From Perkinsus olseni (lineage: Eukaryota), in NCBI GenBank assembly GCA_013115125.1, contig JABANN010000221.1, positions 1-51,249 on the forward strand: a stretch of DNA of 51,249 nucleotides, in the 5' to 3' direction. Positions 46,901 to 51,249 of the stretch are shown piece after piece. The stretch's first letter is position 1. Each line of letters opens with the position of its first letter. The translations under genes and the position numbers were made by a program. The notes below the pieces were generated by a model. The model was given only the letters and a program-made list of their open reading frames with translations, was not told where the DNA came from and did not search any database.

Positions 46901-49900
46901 CCTCTACCGTAGACGCAAGCGAAAAGTCAATCCGAGAATGTTATGACTCGCATTTCGTCGTCCTCCTCGTCCGAGACCTCATCGATTCGTCGAAAGGACG
47001 GGCGATTGGACTTTACCCCGCCCTCATCTCCAAGATTCCATCGCCTTCTGAATCTACAGAGATTCATGATTGCTGCCACCAATGGTCGATTGCATTCTCA
47101 CTGCTGAGCCGCGGCCTTGGCGATCGACGATCTCCTCCGACGCAATCCACTCTCACCAACATTATCCCCTGCAAAAACGTGAGACGACTCCCCTAGACCC
47201 CTTTAGTAAAGGGCCTTTACTCTGAGACTCCATCGTTAAAATCATCTAACTGAACCTCCCACATGTTAACAATGCCGGCATATATTCTGTAATCTGTCGC
47301 CTACCTTTCTTCGCTTGAGCTTTTCCATCACTCTCTTCATCCTCCTCAGTTGTGATGTTCATTTCCGCCAACGCTTTGAAGTAAGCCACAGTTTTATCTA
47401 TTTCATACGACTCCGCCCGCCTTCGCGTTTCCTCATCGCGCGACATTCTGGAGTAGGTGCGACAGCCATTCTGACAGCCATAATACAATTCAGCTCAAGC
47501 ACCTACCCGCCGGAAACTAGAGAGTCTCTGGCAGAGATGAACCTTTCATGGCGCTAAACCGCTCCGGATACTCAATATCCAATCAATTTATCGCAACCTA
47601 ACCGCGCCGTCTTACGATTGAGTCACTTCGCGCCACAACTTCTCACGGCGAGAGTTTCCCACTCACGTTTCTAACATCAGTACCATCGTAATATTAAATC
47701 CTACGACATCATTATTCCACTATCAGCTGTCATGTGATAAAAGTTCACGATCCCGGATAAGTGTATCACGATCTCTCATTTCTGATCAAAAAGTACGTCC
47801 CAGTCCCACATAGTACCAGAAAAGTGCAGCAGAAACATCCAAGTTGAACAAGCGTCAAGAAGAGCCTTGCCTGCACGGGAAGGACAGAGTCTGCTTATGA
47901 GAGCAGTGACAGTACCACTAGTATTACAACTATGAAACAAACGTTGGCTGTTGCTGGAGAATGTTTGCGACTCTAGCGCCCATGAACAGGCAAAACTAAG
48001 GACTCATCGACAACAACGCGTGGATTTCAAGGATTTCGGCGGCTTTCTCGCCGACTTCGGAACTCTGAGCCCTGATCCCTGTGAGAGATGGCTCAGCGAG
48101 GAAAGTTTAAAGCTGAATAGTGTACGTTCTGGGGTGATCCACTGACGTGACACTCTTACGGAATCATTTATTCGAGTTTGAAGTGAGATACTTAACTACA
48201 AGGCCTACCAGTCCATGTCCTAATTCCAAAACGACCGACGACACCACGACATCGCTGGGGAGCTGATATGATCATGCGGTCTTACGGTGAGCCAGGAATT
48301 GTAGGTTGTGAGGACGGCGGCCATCTCGCAGGCATCCTCGCAACCGATCGTCGGAATCGGCCTGGAATCATGTTACGCCCCAGCAACCGAACCATACCCC
48401 ATTCTAAGGCTCTTACAGAAAATCATGGATCGCGAGAGCTCGGAAAAAGCAGCACGAGACTTTGTGACCATAGGAATGGCAATCGCTGTCTCCGCGAGAG
48501 TTGCCGAAATCGCGCAATTCTCCGAATTTCGGATTTCAAACACCCTGGATTGTCAAGACACCGCTCAAAACACCGGGAATTCTCATTTTCCTTTCAAATG
48601 GTATTCATTAAGGACGCCGAGAGCGAATGAAATGATTGCAGACTCTGCAATGCACTCCCCTCTGTAATGCAGAGGGGAGTCCATGCTCCGCTCTCCCCTC
48701 TAGGTCAGTGTCTGTATCCGGGGATGTGCCCAACCACATTGTGGTTACCACGATACGAACCCGAAAGGATTTCCCGCGGTAGAAAGCTTGATGTACAGTA
48801 CCTCGATCCACCTCCAATTCTAGCAGGATTCTCACACCTGTCGCACATGCTCTGGGAGAAATCGTCCAACCAAGGGTAAACGACTATAAAAGCAATAGTA
48901 GTTATCACCGCTCCTCCCAGGAGGATGATACTATACAAGGAGCTGAAGACAATCGATGGTGGAAACAGGGATGATGTAACTGACTTTCATCACCACGCAC
49001 AAAAGCACCACAGCACTTTCTGACGCTTCACTCGGATGAATGCTATCCAGAATAGCGTGCTGAGACCCTCTATCCCGCCAAGTGCTAACCAGTGTATAAC
49101 ACTGAGAAACGTCTCGGATTCGATCCTCAGTAGTACCATTTTCTATCACCTATTATATCCGAGGATAATATCCAACAGTAGTGTGCCAGCCAATGCCAAC
49201 AGAGAGAAAAACACACAGAGTGACACCGAGAAGACCGATCTGAAACCGAGGTCGCAGGACGGTCAGAGATTCCTCCATAGACGGCTCAACTCAAAGCATA
49301 AAATTATCCCCTTTAGACGCACGCTGAAAGCCGACCTCGCTTCCGGCCCAACTGCGATACTACGAATGAACGGCCGAGCATTCATGAACACTGAGAATTT
49401 CACCTATCCGGGTCAGTGCGCTCTTTCAAGGATTCTCAGTACTCCACGAGAGCTCCGCGAAGCGCAACCACAGTTCGAGAGATAGACTTCCCGATTTCAG
49501 ATTTTGCATTACCGAGTAATGATTACCCGAATCCTCCTCGCATCAACTTCGACCAGGAAACACTCTCATCCTCAGTATTGCTATACACATGGTGCCGAAA
49601 CCTGTGCGGAATCTACTAGCGAGTCTATCAGTCCCGCCACTGGCGGGCCGCCAGTACCACTGTTCCGGCTTATCAGTGTCCGCGAGTCCGCTCATTCATA
49701 AAGCGAGAAGTATAACCCTGAAAACGCCTTGCAGCAGAGCTAGTAGCTGCGAATTGTCAGTCTCCATATCCACGACAGGATGGGCCGTCCTGACGGGCTA
49801 CAAACCGCATGTTAACATTGCTACCAACGAGCTGTTTATAAACCTGCAGCAAGATTCAAGGGGGCCCTAACGAGTCATCTGATAAGACAGAGTTTGGTGA

Positions 49901-49931
49901 TGGTATTGCAACGCAAGGACCGCCGTCACAG

Positions 49932-50201
49932 GCGTAATTCCCAAAATCCAAGGGAGAAGTACAAAATCCAAGGAAGCGTTTTCAGGGATCTGCATTACCT
50001 GGGCAACAGTTCGGGTTTCTGGTTGACCTGGGTAACAGTTCCGGGATCGGGTTGCCCTGTCGGGTTTCGGGAGGGGTTTCTGGTTTCCCGTTCCTGCCTT
50101 CGCCCGCAATTCAGGGTTTTTTTCTGTTGCTTCTGCATCTCTGTCGCACGCGCTTCCTTGGATTTTGTACCTTTCCCTTGGATTTTGTACTTCACCCCCC
50201 T
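49932..50201. mobile_element. Mutator-like MITE, ~270 bp
   Basis: 9-bp direct repeat CCGTCACAG at 49923-49931 and 50202-50210. Inverted arms built of doubled CAAAATCCAAGG units (caaaatccaagggagaagtacaaaatccaaggaagcg / cgcttccttggattttgtacctttcccttggattttg). Confidence 0.8.
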
Positions 50202-51249
50202 CCGTCACAGCATCTCACATCGCGCATCCCTTGCCTTCTTAGCGTCTCTTGTATATTCCTATGCGCGCGCGTACGTACGTGCATGAACGCCATCTGTGTC
50301 ATCTTGGATCTGGTGTAATTCGATACTCGAATTTCGTAATACTATCTTACTTGTGTCGAGATGAGCATGGCAGCGCATCGTCAGCCTGTAGTAAGAGAGC
50401 TTCACATCTCTTCCGTCCTTGCAGTGAGTTAGAATAGTTCGTTTCTGGCTCATTGAATGACCGAGTGTTACTGATGTTGTCCTCAGAGAGCCGGGGTTCG
50501 TAGTGTGTACTCCACACTACGAAAAAACGGTGCAGTGCGGACATGAGAGCGTTCCGGCGTGTCGTGGTTACTTTCACGACCCGTGGTCCACGCCATGGCC
50601 CGCGGGGTGGCGCTCCTTAAGCGAAAGATCCCATCCCCGGTCTGCCTGCGTTCGGTCGCACACTAGAAAAGTTTGACGAGCTTCTTGTTTCCATTTGCAC
50701 ATGACGAAAAACCTCACAAAGCGTACACTACGGCATGAGTGTCATCGAAAGAGGTTGTTCAAATCTTCCAATTATAGAAAGTGATGGTATCAGTAGCCAA
50801 GTTCATGAATAACAGCAGTAGAACTATGCAAAGATTGTCTTGATTTGTCTTCAGCGCACAACCGCAGACGAGCCCCCAAAAAAGAGTTGGCGTGAAGTGT
50901 TCGCGATGCTACGCAAGTCGCCGCGATTTCAAGGCGGTAGGTGCGGTGTTTCTGCTCGTGGAAGAGCGAATCCCCGCAATCTACCAGCAGGCGGACTGCT
51001 TACAGGAGACCGTTCCCATTTCAGTCCGATAGCTGAGTTGGCTGGCAAGATGAGACAGTCGCGATCGCCGTGGTTACTTTATGATATCATTTCATATACC
51101 ACTCGCTCGTTTTCCACTTGAGCGAGAGCGGGAATAATTTTTAGACTGCATTCTCTCGTGTTCCCCGCCGTGACTGTGTTGTGGAGCGCTGTTGACTGGC
51201 GCGGTTGTCGCTGTCGACTGGCGCGGTGATCGATTTGATGATGATCGAT

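Noticed and set aside
44733-49800. Scattered protein-like fragments on both strands
   Set aside because: Multiple stops and no consistent splicing model or recognisable domain.
50497-50523. CACTA-like termini (ttcgtagtgtg / cacactacgaa)
   Set aside because: Only an 11-bp hairpin facing outward; no matching far ends or 3-bp TSD found.

Overview
Eukaryotic, intron-rich nuclear DNA (roughly 50% GC, many ~45-250 nt GT-AG introns, duplicated intronless pepsin-like proteases). The style is consistent with a Perkinsus-like alveolate protist; this is inference, not shown directly. The left part holds a possible LTR end, a spliced EXD1-like 3'-5' exonuclease gene, an intronless phosphoglucomutase bracketed by two convergent tRNA-Gly(GCC) genes, a GT61-like glycosyltransferase and a PCIF1/CAPAM-like methyltransferase with an altered catalytic motif (GPPY). 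The middle holds several hypothetical or degenerate multi-exon genes, two aspartic proteases (one broken), a hAT-type MITE with an 8-bp TSD and a four-member family of 3-exon secreted proteins (one pseudogenised by an apparent hAT excision footprint). The most interesting region is 37.8-42.5 kb: a tandem array of six small paralogous multi-exon genes (motif RF[AG][RK]ARGxSx[WF]Ax[AE]YN...GExPxxG[FY][AP]EQ) that the ORF track misses. Their core resembles bacterial R-body (Reb) proteins, and some units may be joined into a polyprotein through a conserved 5-nt micro-exon. The right end has two further non-autonomous DNA-transposon-like elements. All gene models were assembled by eye from splice signals.
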